DNA of 64,000 nt from a virus, in the IMG/VR virus record IMGVR_UViG_3300020433_000671, positions 1 to 64,000 of that record; one strand, written 5' to 3'. Position numbers and translations under genes: made by a program. Positions within the stretch are counted from its first letter, which is position 1, and every line of letters starts with the position of its first letter. Under the pieces are notes generated by a model. It was not told the DNA's origin. It worked only from the letters and a program-made list of their open reading frames with translations, and made no database searches. Positions 6,174 to 16,053 of this stretch are shown one piece after another.

Positions 6174-6466
6174 GCAATAGAATAAAAGGTGTATTTAAGG
6201 AATAGTTCCTCTCCTTTTTTAATTCGTTTAATAGTTTTCATATAATAGATCTGACTCTTATCTCCTTGTACACACCATTTCACACAGTTAGGATCTTCAC
6301 TATGATTTACAAATCCACCTAAAGGAGTCCTTATAATATCACCATCCACCACAACATGAGAGACACCAAGATACATCATAGCATCGATATCCTCCTTAGC
6401 AAATAATCCCTGTCCTGCAACAGGACTATTTTTAATATGTAATTCTGGTGGAAGTGCTGTATACAT
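6170..6466 (-). CDS. Minimal SET-domain protein (putative lysine methyltransferase)
   Basis: SPVAGQGLFA, FVNHSEDPNC and IKKGEELFLKY motifs. Confidence 0.88.
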   Translation of the reverse strand: MYTALPPELHIKNSPVAGQGLFAKEDIDAMMYLGVSHVVVDGDIIRTPLGGFVNHSEDPNCVKWCVQGDKSQIYYMKTIKRIKKGEELFLKYTFYSIA

Positions 6467-6684
6467 TAAAAACTAGACTCGTCGTACTTACCTTCTCTTT
6501 GTGCCCACAGGTGACGTTCCATCTCCCACATTGCTTCTGCTGTTCCTTTTGGCAGTTCATGTTGACCTGCTTTATCTAACAACCTATCATACTCTTCAGC
6601 ACTATCAACTATTGCTTTTTTTAATTCCTCTAAGTCCCATTCTGGATCAGAGGGAGAATCCTGCGAAGGTGTCTTTTGTGACAT
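6466..6684 (-). CDS. Hypothetical acidic protein
   Basis: MSQKTPSQDSPSDPEWDLEELKKAIVDS...; overlaps the nrdB 3' end. Confidence 0.65.
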   Translation of the reverse strand: MSQKTPSQDSPSDPEWDLEELKKAIVDSAEEYDRLLDKAGQHELPKGTAEAMWEMERHLWAQREGKYDESSF

Positions 6685-7813
6685 CTTGTTTAATTCCTCC
6701 AACGACATAAGATTCAATCTCCGTTTCTTGTGGTGCATTTTGCTGACCCTTAGATGTGAGCCAATGCTCAGTCCAAGGTAGTGGATTATTTCTAAGGGGT
6801 TGATCGTATATAGGTTTCAAACCTACTGCTTTCATCCTTCTGTTAGCAATCCATTCTACGTAGTTGTGTAGTAGTCTTTCATTCAATCCAATCATACTAC
6901 CTTCCTTAAACAAATAGTTTGCCCATGCTTTCTCTTCATCGACACAGTTCTTAAACATATTTGCTACTGTTTCTTTCTCCTCCTTTGCTATCTCTTGCAT
7001 TTCTGGATCATCTTTACCTTCAGACCAGTTCTTCAAGATCTGTTGTGTAAGAACAAGATGCTGTGACTCATCCCTTGCTATGAGAGATAAGATTTTAGCA
7101 GATCCTTCCATAAGTTTATTTTCACCAAAGGCAAAACTGCAAGCGAAAGAAACATAAAAACGAATGCCCTCTAGAATATTGACATTGGCGACTGCCCTAT
7201 AAAGGAATCGTTTAAGATCTCGTCTTGTCCATTCAGAATTAATATGAGTCCTCATCTCAGGTGTCCAAGCAGTGCTCTGATCATATTCATGTGCATAATT
7301 TATAAAGTCATCATAAGACTTTGTAACAGACTCTGCCCTAGAGAGAATGTTATCATCAGTAAGAATGTGATCTAGAACATCTGATGGATCAGGATATACA
7401 TTCTTGATAATATAAGTGTAGGATCTGCTATGAATCATCTCCATAAACTGCCATACTTGCATACATCCTTCCAACTCAGGTAGAGAACAATATGGAATAA
7501 ATGCCATACCAGGTGCTCTACCTTGTACAGAGTCCAACATAATCTGATACTTGAGATTACTTGTAAAGATATGTTTTTGTTGTTCTGTAAGATGTGCATA
7601 GTCAGCACGATCTTTCTGGAGTGATACTTCTTCAGGTCTCCAAAAATATCCTAATTGTTGCTGTGTTAATCTGTCAAAAGTTGGAAACTTATACTGGTCA
7701 TATCTCTGCACACTTAATGGTGCTCCAAAAAACATGAATTGTTTTGTAGTATCAACAGCTTTTTTATTAAAGACTGTCATACCAGTGATTTCTTTAGACT
7801 GCACAACTGTCAC
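6647..7813 (-). CDS. nrdB: Ribonucleotide reductase class Ia beta subunit
   Basis: FWRPEEV, LDSVQGR, EMIHSRSY, LEGIRFYVSF, RDESQH, APQETEIESY. Confidence 0.98.
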   Translation of the reverse strand: MTVVQSKEITGMTVFNKKAVDTTKQFMFFGAPLSVQRYDQYKFPTFDRLTQQQLGYFWRPEEVSLQKDRADYAHLTEQQKHIFTSNLKYQIMLDSVQGRAPGMAFIPYCSLPELEGCMQVWQFMEMIHSRSYTYIIKNVYPDPSDVLDHILTDDNILSRAESVTKSYDDFINYAHEYDQSTAWTPEMRTHINSEWTRRDLKRFLYRAVANVNILEGIRFYVSFACSFAFGENKLMEGSAKILSLIARDESQHLVLTQQILKNWSEGKDDPEMQEIAKEEKETVANMFKNCVDEEKAWANYLFKEGSMIGLNERLLHNYVEWIANRRMKAVGLKPIYDQPLRNNPLPWTEHWLTSKGQQNAPQETEIESYVVGGIKQDVTKDTFAGFSL

Positions 7814-10085
7814 AGACTTCCTCCTCGGTGGTTAATAGTTCGTTAATAAGATTGTCAACATCCACATCATCTCCATCCTTCTTAGAATCATATGTATTTT
7901 GATAGTAAGAAGTCTTCCAACCGTACTTGTATGTTGTCAATAAATCCTTTGCCATTTCTGACACAGGTACTTCATTATCAGGATAGTTCTCTGGGTTGTA
8001 CGACCAGTTTCCACTGATCGCTTGATCAAAGAATTTTTGCATAATAGCAACTACGTTGATATACCCTTTATTATCTGGCATATCCCATAACAATGTATAG
8101 TTGTTCTTTAAAGTCCCATAGGACGGAACAACTTGCTTAAGTGGTCCTTTCTTTGACTTCTTAATGGATAAGTAGTCTCTAGGTGGTTCAATTCCATTGG
8201 TTGCATTTGACACAACGGAACTGCTTTCCGATGGCATTTGTGCAGACAATGTTGAGTGACGTAACCCATACTTTAGGATACGTTCCCTAAGAAACTCCCA
8301 ATCACATAGTAAGTCATTTGATATAATTTCGTCAACGTCCTTCTTATATGTATCGATAGGAAGAACTCCATCTGCATACTTAGTCTTACCGAAATAACCG
8401 CATGGTCCTTTTTCCATTGCAAGACGATTAGATGCAGTCAATAAAGCAAACTGGAATCTCTCTGTAATTTTATGAACTAAATCATTTGCTTTTGTAGATT
8501 CATACTTAGCACCATTCTTAGCAAGATAATGTGCTAGACCAATGAATCCAACACCCAACGATCTTCTGTTCTTTGTAGACTGTTCTGCTGCCTTCACAGG
8601 ATACTGTTGATAATCAATCAAAGCATCAAGACCACGAACAGCAAGTTCACATAGTTCATCAAGTTCCTCTAACCTGTTAATCTTACCAACATTAATAGCA
8701 GATAGAATGCATAGTGCAATCTCACCATCACCATCAATGTGTTGAATAGGTTTGGTTGGTAGAGTAATCTCTTGACATAGATTACTCATCTCAATCTTAT
8801 CTTTAAATGAACTATGAGTATTACAATGATCAATATTCATCAAGTAAATACGACCAGTCTCTGCTCTCTCCTTCAAGATATCAAGAATTAATTCTTGAGC
8901 ACCAATGGTTTTTCTAGGGATAGACTTGTCTGATTCGTATTTAGTATAGAGTTCGTCAAAGGTATCGCTACCAAAAGCGTCATACAACCCAGGCACATCG
9001 TGAGGACTGAATAAAGTAATAGTGCCGTTTTGGAGAAATCGCTCATAAAATAATTTAGATAGTTGAATAGAGTAATCTAATTTTCTTACTCTGTTGTCTT
9101 CTGTTCCTTTGTTGTTCTTGAGGACGATGATGTCTTCTATTTCTTGGTGCCAGATTGGGAAGTGGACAGTTGCTGATCCACCACGGATGCCATTTTGAGT
9201 GCAGCATCTGACAGTGCTTTCAAACTTTTTGAGGAATGGGACAACACCTGTGTGTTGAACTTCTCCACCTCTGATTTTAGCATTGATGCCACGGATTCTA
9301 CCTGCGTTGATACCGATTCCTGCCCTTTGTGCAACATAACGACCCACGGCCATATCAGAACTAAAAATGCTATCCAAGGTGTCATCAATATCAACGAGAA
9401 CACAAGATGCAAACTGCCGAATTGGTGTTCGCACTCCCGCCATGATTGGGGTGGGGATGTTGATTTTGTGTTTGCTGATTGCGTCATAATACTTCTTAAT
9501 ATAATCTAACCTGTAGAACTTATCATCATCTTGAAAGAGAGTAACTGCAATCATGATGTACATGAACTGTGGAGTTTCAAATATCTCCCCAGTACTTCTA
9601 TCCTGTACCAAATACTTATCAGTTACTTGACGAATACCTGCATAGGTAAACAGGTAATCTCTATCATGATCTATGTATTCATTTATTTTTTCCCACTCTT
9701 CATCTGTAAACTTAGTGAGAACTTCTTTGTCATATACACCCTTCTCAATACATCTATCTACATGATCTTTGAGGATAGGATGCTTGTCAGGATGTCCATT
9801 ATATACAGACTTCCTCAAACCAAACAAGAGAAGTCTAGCAGCAACATACTGATAGTTAGGATTCTCTAGAGTAATCAGGTCATTAGCAGAACGAATAAGG
9901 ATCTCTTGAATATCCTTAGTCTCAATTCCATCAAAGAATTGAAGACCACTGTTGATTTCCACTGCTGATTCAGACACACCTGCTAGTCCTTTGCAAGCAT
10001 GTTCAACAATGTGATGAACCCTTTCTAAATCCAAAGAAGCGGTATCACCGTTTCTTTTTTTAACTTTGATTTCCGTTGGTGTCAT
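7794..10085 (-). CDS. nrdA: Ribonucleotide reductase class Ia alpha subunit
   Basis: N-terminal ATP cone, PTPIMAGVRTP, SNLCQEI, C-terminal CDSC. Confidence 0.98.
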   Translation of the reverse strand: MTPTEIKVKKRNGDTASLDLERVHHIVEHACKGLAGVSESAVEINSGLQFFDGIETKDIQEILIRSANDLITLENPNYQYVAARLLLFGLRKSVYNGHPDKHPILKDHVDRCIEKGVYDKEVLTKFTDEEWEKINEYIDHDRDYLFTYAGIRQVTDKYLVQDRSTGEIFETPQFMYIMIAVTLFQDDDKFYRLDYIKKYYDAISKHKINIPTPIMAGVRTPIRQFASCVLVDIDDTLDSIFSSDMAVGRYVAQRAGIGINAGRIRGINAKIRGGEVQHTGVVPFLKKFESTVRCCTQNGIRGGSATVHFPIWHQEIEDIIVLKNNKGTEDNRVRKLDYSIQLSKLFYERFLQNGTITLFSPHDVPGLYDAFGSDTFDELYTKYESDKSIPRKTIGAQELILDILKERAETGRIYLMNIDHCNTHSSFKDKIEMSNLCQEITLPTKPIQHIDGDGEIALCILSAINVGKINRLEELDELCELAVRGLDALIDYQQYPVKAAEQSTKNRRSLGVGFIGLAHYLAKNGAKYESTKANDLVHKITERFQFALLTASNRLAMEKGPCGYFGKTKYADGVLPIDTYKKDVDEIISNDLLCDWEFLRERILKYGLRHSTLSAQMPSESSSVVSNATNGIEPPRDYLSIKKSKKGPLKQVVPSYGTLKNNYTLLWDMPDNKGYINVVAIMQKFFDQAISGNWSYNPENYPDNEVPVSEMAKDLLTTYKYGWKTSYYQNTYDSKKDGDDVDVDNLINELLTTEEEVCDSCAV

Positions 10086-11062
10086 ACTTTCTTCCACTCT
10101 GTAAATTTGATTTGTGCCTCTATATTTTTGTATGTGTTTAATTGTACCAAAGAATTAACATCGTGTCTAGCTAATGTCATATCGTTAACATCTTTTTGTT
10201 GTATATGATTTGGCCAGATCACTACCTTATCTCCTCTGTCGATTGACTTTGAGATCCTATTGACGATTTCTCTGTTGCGAGGTTCGTTATCATAAACCCA
10301 AATATAATCGCTCCAACCAAACGTCCGAGGATCAATGTCGGAGCCAGCCATCGCAACTGAGTTTTCCAAGAGGGTAGAGTCAAACGGTCCCTCAGTAATG
10401 TAAATTGGTTTTGTTTCATCAATTTTATCTAATCCGAAGATCTTTGGTTTGTTTTCATCTAACATTACAGTAATGTATCTCATCTTGTCCTTAGGGTTCA
10501 AAGATCTTCCTTGAAATCCAAACCAGTTTTTTTCTGCATCAATAAAAGGAATAATGATTCTAGAGTGGTCTTTTTTGATGTCAGAGAAAGTAGGTTTCTG
10601 TGTGTTAACCCAAGTACAGAACTTGTCTGTAAAATAGAATAAGGACGGATTTAATTTCCGTCCTATGAGATATTGATATGCTGAATGTTCTTTATTTAGA
10701 TCAGAAACTTTTACAAGTTCACCTTGTTTTTTAAATACAGGTTTTTTAAATTTTGGTTTAGGAACATAAGATCCTTTACCTGTTGTACCCTCCTTATATC
10801 TCTCCATAATATACTCATCATGAAGATCAGGTGCTTGATCTTTTAAGAAGTTAGGTAATGTTCTGCTTACTCCACAGTTATGGCATTTATATACCATATC
10901 TGCTTTCACACGAAAAAAATACCCCCTTGCCTTGTTCTTATGCTTCTGTGAATCTCCACAGTAAGGGCAACGGAAGTTATATAGATCTGCTTTCTTCTTA
11001 GCAAACTTGTCCAGTCTACCAGAAAGGAGACTTACATAATGTGAATCAACAAACTCAGACAA
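10082..11062 (-). CDS. gp61: DNA primase
   Basis: CPYCGDS zinc finger, YKCHNCG, TOPRIM EGPFDS. Confidence 0.95.
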   Translation of the reverse strand: MSEFVDSHYVSLLSGRLDKFAKKKADLYNFRCPYCGDSQKHKNKARGYFFRVKADMVYKCHNCGVSRTLPNFLKDQAPDLHDEYIMERYKEGTTGKGSYVPKPKFKKPVFKKQGELVKVSDLNKEHSAYQYLIGRKLNPSLFYFTDKFCTWVNTQKPTFSDIKKDHSRIIIPFIDAEKNWFGFQGRSLNPKDKMRYITVMLDENKPKIFGLDKIDETKPIYITEGPFDSTLLENSVAMAGSDIDPRTFGWSDYIWVYDNEPRNREIVNRISKSIDRGDKVVIWPNHIQQKDVNDMTLARHDVNSLVQLNTYKNIEAQIKFTEWKKV

Positions 11063-11450
11063 TACGATGGACAGTCACTATATCCATACTAGCAGGTGAT
11101 GACGGAGTTGTCAAATTTCTTAAGATTTTCTGTCCGATTGGACTAACGATGACAGATATAACAGACAGAGCACCAAAAATAGACCACATCTTTTTCTCCA
11201 TGAGTCTAAGACGGTCATCAACTTTACGTATGTCTCTTTCACAACCACGTTTAATTGCGTCTGTTTCTCTATTAAGATCTGTATGTAGTCTATCAACCTT
11301 CTCGAATAAAATCTCATCAACCTTATCCTGTTTGTCTAACTTCTCATTATGGACAGCAAGTAGTTGACCCATCTTCACGGAGTTTTCCTGAAGTGTATCT
11401 ACTACTCTTTCTAATCTTTCAATAATTGCAGTATTCAAATTGTCCGACAT
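11055..11450 (-). CDS. Coiled-coil protein with C-terminal TM helix
   Basis: Heptad-rich N-terminus; WSIFGALSVISVIVS hydrophobic segment. Confidence 0.8.
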   Translation of the reverse strand: MSDNLNTAIIERLERVVDTLQENSVKMGQLLAVHNEKLDKQDKVDEILFEKVDRLHTDLNRETDAIKRGCERDIRKVDDRLRLMEKKMWSIFGALSVISVIVSPIGQKILRNLTTPSSPASMDIVTVHRIV

Positions 11451-12709
11451 TACTTATCCACAGTTGCCTGTGCTCCTCCTGCTCTTTGTTTTTTCATCAG
11501 AGATGCAGTTTTCTTCTGCAACTCTTTTCTAATCTGAACTATCTTATCGTTTGCTTTAGTTTTTTCAAGACCAATTTGCTGACGAGTCATCTGTTGTTTC
11601 ATCTGCTGATCAGTATTCTCTTCGACGTTACGCATATGCTTCATACGCTTATCCATAAAGAACTTACCAGCTTCACCAGGCATAATTCTCTCAATAGAAA
11701 TATCTCCTCTGTAACGATAGTTAATAAGAAGACGAAGTTTCATACGAAGTTCGGCAGGATTACTTGCATATACAACTGTCTCACCAACCTCAGGAAGTTT
11801 TACTTTATATTGAAAGAGACGACTCCTGACTTCCATTCCCTCTTGTAATTTATTACCAGGCATCACTAGTTTATCAGCGTCCTTTTTCTTAAGTTTTTTT
11901 CTAAACCTCATGACTGGATCATATCCTGCAACTGGTCCTGTTGCATCTGCTTTACTACTAAATCCAGGTTTACCAGGTGTGCTACCTGTGGTCATCAACT
12001 CTTCTTTTTTAAACTTTCCTGGTGTAGGTTTGTGTCCTGATCCAACGTAACCATCCTTTACATCTTTTACATGAGACTTTCTAAATTCTTTCTTACTCTC
12101 ACCTTTATCTTTGAGACTGTAGATAGATGACTTAGTTAACTTACCACTCTTTCTTCCACCTTTTGCTTGGTAAGCAATGTTGGGTGAATATTCTTTTAAT
12201 AGATCGCTAGTACAACTACACATATGTTCTATACCCTCGTTCATTCGGTTGTCATAAAAACTTGGTAATGGATCTTTCTGTATTCTTTTAGCATATTCTT
12301 TCTTTGCAACAGCATCCGTTGTTGGAATTTTACCTTCAACTAGATCTCTTACAAATCCCATTGTAGCAGCATTTGCATATAGACTACCACATCTTGCGGT
12401 AATAGTTTCCTTTAATCCATCGTAAATAATACTACCAGTAACATGACCAAGTGTATCTAGTTTATCACTAGGAACTTTTATTTTCATAACAGTATACACA
12501 TAGTCTCTATGTGGTCCTGGAAAAGCATGTGGGATACTCTCGTCAAGAATGAATGTTTCCATCTCACCCTTTCCAAATGAACCAAGTGTATTCCACTTCA
12601 ACATGGTCTGAGTTACTTCATCTGGTTGACCATACTCTTCTATAAGTTTTTCAGCATATTTCTTTGCGTCTTTATGCTTCCAATTTTTTAGCGAATCCTT
12701 TGAGTTCAT
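11450..12709 (-). CDS. Modular hypothetical protein (possible virion internal protein)
   Basis: 419 aa; globular N-terminal domain followed by Lys-rich modules separated by xxE junctions. Confidence 0.8.
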   Translation of the reverse strand: MNSKDSLKNWKHKDAKKYAEKLIEEYGQPDEVTQTMLKWNTLGSFGKGEMETFILDESIPHAFPGPHRDYVYTVMKIKVPSDKLDTLGHVTGSIIYDGLKETITARCGSLYANAATMGFVRDLVEGKIPTTDAVAKKEYAKRIQKDPLPSFYDNRMNEGIEHMCSCTSDLLKEYSPNIAYQAKGGRKSGKLTKSSIYSLKDKGESKKEFRKSHVKDVKDGYVGSGHKPTPGKFKKEELMTTGSTPGKPGFSSKADATGPVAGYDPVMRFRKKLKKKDADKLVMPGNKLQEGMEVRSRLFQYKVKLPEVGETVVYASNPAELRMKLRLLINYRYRGDISIERIMPGEAGKFFMDKRMKHMRNVEENTDQQMKQQMTRQQIGLEKTKANDKIVQIRKELQKKTASLMKKQRAGGAQATVDK

Positions 12710-13071
12710 CAGAGTTTCTCCAGTTCTTCTTGCAAATCAGGATCCACCTCTAAAGATGGCATCATTCCTATAGGATATTTATTCAAGTAAAGTAGTAGAG
12801 TTTTTATCAAACTCCAATACTCTCTTTCCATCTTAAAAAAAATTAAGGGTGTTGCTGCTTCACCAAAAACATTATAAAGTATGATTAAATGATTGATAAG
12901 AAGATGAGTTCTTAAAGAACCCCCTCGAACATAACGTTTCAATAATCTTTTAAGATACTTGAAACGTTTCATATCTTCATCAAAATCCTCCCTCGTCATA
13001 GAGGAAGGATTTTCATAATGTTTGATGGCGAAAAGAATGTAATTAGAGTCATTCAGTTCGTCAATTAACAT
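12709..13071 (-). CDS. Conserved T4-like phage hypothetical protein
   Basis: NYILFAIKHYENP...EDFDEDMKRFKYLKRL...HLIILYNVF. Confidence 0.85.
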   Translation of the reverse strand: MLIDELNDSNYILFAIKHYENPSSMTREDFDEDMKRFKYLKRLLKRYVRGGSLRTHLLINHLIILYNVFGEAATPLIFFKMEREYWSLIKTLLLYLNKYPIGMMPSLEVDPDLQEELEKL

Positions 13072-13655
13072 TAGCTACCAAATGTGAGTGTTGCTACGTC
13101 GGATATAACTTCTGGAGCACCATTGTTGGAGTTAACTTTAACTCTGTACTGGTTACCATCGTTTGCTGCAGTCTGTCCTGAAAGAACAAGGTTTGTGCTA
13201 GTTGCACCAGATACATTAGAGAATCTACCTGTACTTGCAGTACGTTTCTGCCATTGGAAGGTTGCTGTACCACTGTTGGTTACAGATGCTACCACTGCGA
13301 ATGTTGCTGCACCACTTGAAGTTGTCTTGTCTGTATTGTTTGTAGACAAAGTAATAGTGTTTGCTGCATCTGCTGCGATAGTATCATCACTTAGCGTCTC
13401 ATCAGCATTTGCTTCTGGATTAGTGAGAAACATAAGATGCTCTGCACGATGACGAGTTGCACCAGATACATCAGTATATGTATGATACGCCCACCAACCA
13501 GGTGCTGTAATACCACGACTTTTATTTGCTGCTAACGCTGCTTCTGTTTCGTCACAAAAGACGATAGTTTTTGTAACCGACCCACCGCTATTACCAATAG
13601 TTAGACCGACAGCAGTCTGGTTAGCAGTGGAGTCAACTCTTCCGTATAAAGACAT
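13071..13655 (-). CDS. Putative virion protein with C-terminal Ig-like domain
   Basis: MSLYG...GITAPGWW; Ig-like TFQWQK...DGNQYRVKV...SDVATLTF; late promoter upstream. Confidence 0.8.
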   Translation of the reverse strand: MSLYGRVDSTANQTAVGLTIGNSGGSVTKTIVFCDETEAALAANKSRGITAPGWWAYHTYTDVSGATRHRAEHLMFLTNPEANADETLSDDTIAADAANTITLSTNNTDKTTSSGAATFAVVASVTNSGTATFQWQKRTASTGRFSNVSGATSTNLVLSGQTAANDGNQYRVKVNSNNGAPEVISDVATLTFGS

Positions 13656-13682
13656 GTTTCTCCGACGTGTATTCTGTATGAT

Positions 13683-13690
13683 TATTTATA
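13683..13690 (-). promoter_or_regulatory. T4-type late promoter
   Basis: TATAAATA. Confidence 0.75.
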
Positions 13691-13693
13691 AAG

Positions 13694-13885
13694 TTAACTT
13701 TCTAGCAGTGCTTTCTCAAGTGCCTCAACTAGTTTGTCATCTACTTTATTGCCTGATTTAGCAGCAGCTTTCTTGAGTAATCCGATAACAAACACCTTTA
13801 GTTTGTCCTCTAGGTCCTCAGGGATTTTATCTACCGCTTTGTTAATAATGTCAATAGCGATAGGGAGTAAAAATTTAGTGATCAT
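13694..13885 (-). CDS. Small amphipathic hypothetical protein
   Basis: 63 aa, ...KSGNKVDDKLVEAL. Confidence 0.75.
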   Translation of the reverse strand: MITKFLLPIAIDIINKAVDKIPEDLEDKLKVFVIGLLKKAAAKSGNKVDDKLVEALEKALLES

Positions 13886-13919
13886 AATTTTGTACCAAGG
13901 TAGGTACTCTATATATGCG

Positions 13920-15029
13920 TTAACACTTCCACTTTCTAAGTGCTAATGCTTTACGAGTTGGTCTACCTTTTTCATCTTTCATCGGTCCTTTAACTCCACT
14001 CATACGAGCACAAAAAGATCTCTTTCTAGGACCACCTTCTGGTTGTGGTCGTTTTAAATCAGAACCAGGATTCTCACGTTCGTAAGACTTTCTACCTTTC
14101 TCATTCAAACCACCAGTCTTATTCTTACCTTCCTTGCGTTGCCATGCAGCAGACTTCTCTTGTATTTTTTCTAACTGATCTAATGCTTCACTCGACCAAT
14201 ATACATGTGTTTCTGTTTCCTCTCTTTTATATGCAGGTACTTTAGCACCTTTCACACCACGACGTGCTTTGTGTTCTTCTCTACGTTTTTCAATAGTCTT
14301 GCCTCTCTTACCCTCAGGGTCAAACATGCCAGGATCACCATGACCAGGACCCATTCTTCTATAATTTCTGATAGATGCTTTACCGTAATCACTACGACCT
14401 TTATCTACCTTTGCCTCTGGTAGTACTTCTTCATTTTTAGGACGGCAATCAGGAACTAACTTACCACCTTTCATCTTCATACCTACTTTCTTATGAGTTT
14501 TCCAACATTCTGCTTGAAAATCAGAAAAAGATTTACGTCCTTCAAACTCTTCTTTCTTACTACTATTACCCCAGTTTGCAGCACCAACTTTACGACACTT
14601 AACTAATGCACCTGATGCATAAGCACTTGGCCATACTGAATATCTTGACTTAACCTTATGGTAACAGGCATCTTTACTACCACTACCTTTACCTTTTTTA
14701 TCCTTGGTTTCGGAGATTTGAGTTTCTTCTTTCATTTTTTTCTTGGGTTTGTCAGTTGAAACATAAGTTGGTTTTGCAGCACCTGATTTAGATTGTTGAT
14801 TAGGATCTGCTTTCTTTTTGCGACGAGCAGCAGATAATCTTTCTGACTTGCTCATGCTTGCTCTCTTTGCTGAGGACACACATTTAGGAGTTCCCTCACC
14901 TGGTTCATCACTTGCACAAGTTCCACCAGTTACTACGTTAACCCAACCACCTTTACCATCCTTGGATTTAGAACCCTTGAACCATTTGTGGAGTGAACCT
15001 TCGTCGATTAGCTGGTGAAAATTTTTCAT
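13920..15029 (-). CDS. Lys-rich modular protein with capsid-targeting-like leader
   Basis: MKNFHQLIDE-; modules GSLHKWFK..., KDACYHKVKSRY..., CWKTHKKVG..., SAAWQRKEGKN...RKRSFCARM. Confidence 0.85.
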   Translation of the reverse strand: MKNFHQLIDEGSLHKWFKGSKSKDGKGGWVNVVTGGTCASDEPGEGTPKCVSSAKRASMSKSERLSAARRKKKADPNQQSKSGAAKPTYVSTDKPKKKMKEETQISETKDKKGKGSGSKDACYHKVKSRYSVWPSAYASGALVKCRKVGAANWGNSSKKEEFEGRKSFSDFQAECWKTHKKVGMKMKGGKLVPDCRPKNEEVLPEAKVDKGRSDYGKASIRNYRRMGPGHGDPGMFDPEGKRGKTIEKRREEHKARRGVKGAKVPAYKREETETHVYWSSEALDQLEKIQEKSAAWQRKEGKNKTGGLNEKGRKSYERENPGSDLKRPQPEGGPRKRSFCARMSGVKGPMKDEKGRPTRKALALRKWKC

Positions 15030-15244
15030 GACCACGTTTTACCCATATCTTCTATAGTGCAGTTGGCGATAGGAGAGTCGCTGATTAATGTTTTAAATAC
15101 ATATTCAGTCATAACAGAATTCTGGTATAACATCTGAGAAGAGTAAGTTTTACCTTTAAAATCTTCTCTAACAGCGTCTGCTTCTGCATTATTAGTAGCA
15201 TAACCATTACCAATAAGAAATTGTCTTGCTTCTGTGGGTGTCAT
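15026..15244 (-). CDS. Hypothetical protein
   Basis: 72 aa; ATGA-coupled on both sides. Confidence 0.7.
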   Translation of the reverse strand: MTPTEARQFLIGNGYATNNAEADAVREDFKGKTYSSQMLYQNSVMTEYVFKTLISDSPIANCTIEDMGKTWS

Positions 15245-16053
15245 GATCCTAATCCTCTACCTTTATCGTAGTTGTCTTTTCCACCATACCTTGCCATGGT
15301 ATTAACATAATCTTGAGAAGATTTAAATCCTCTCTTCTTAGCATCAGCAGCAGTTTGTTTTTTAACATCTGCTGCTTTCTTATACTTACCAGTACCTGCA
15401 GTAGATTTTTGACCCTTTACTTTCTTTTGTTGTCTGCTGCCACCTGTCATGACTGCACCTTTACCATGTTCTTTCCTGATTTTATCAAGAACGAATGACA
15501 ATGCAGCATCCTTAGGTTTGTTCCCAGATGGTTTTTTAGTTCCACCCTTATCGTAACCCGTTTCTTTTTTAAGTCGGGTTGCTTCATGGAATTGTCCAAA
15601 GGTCAAGATCGAATTTTCAGTGCTCTCTTTTGTGCTTTTTTCTGAAACTTCTTCTTGACTGTCATAGGTTTTAGATTCAAAGTGAGGGTTTTTCATTTGC
15701 GGACCTTTCATAAGCTCTTTACGAGCCTTCTCATTATTTTTTTGACGTTTTTTAAAGTCCGTCTCTAAGTATGTATCATCTTTTTTCTTTCCTTCTTCTA
15801 CTTCTTTTTTCTTTCCATAAGTTATACAAGGATCTTGTCCACATCCACAATTTTTTGGTTTCTTTTCTTCATGTACATATCCCAATTTCTTGTACTTGTC
15901 ATGGTCAGCCATACTGTTGGCTTTATACTTCTTCCCAGTCTTCTTATCAATCATGATGTGAGGTTTAAACTCTTTCTCCATCACATCTGTAACTTTAGGA
16001 TTGATCTTAACTCCTGTCTTCTTTTTTTCGTTTAGTTCTTTAAAACTAAGCAT
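15241..16053 (-). CDS. Lys-rich modular protein with capsid-targeting-like leader
   Basis: MLSFKELNE-; internal ILTFGQFHE-ATRL; CGCGQDPCITYG module. Confidence 0.8.
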   Translation of the reverse strand: MLSFKELNEKKKTGVKINPKVTDVMEKEFKPHIMIDKKTGKKYKANSMADHDKYKKLGYVHEEKKPKNCGCGQDPCITYGKKKEVEEGKKKDDTYLETDFKKRQKNNEKARKELMKGPQMKNPHFESKTYDSQEEVSEKSTKESTENSILTFGQFHEATRLKKETGYDKGGTKKPSGNKPKDAALSFVLDKIRKEHGKGAVMTGGSRQQKKVKGQKSTAGTGKYKKAADVKKQTAADAKKRGFKSSQDYVNTMARYGGKDNYDKGRGLGS

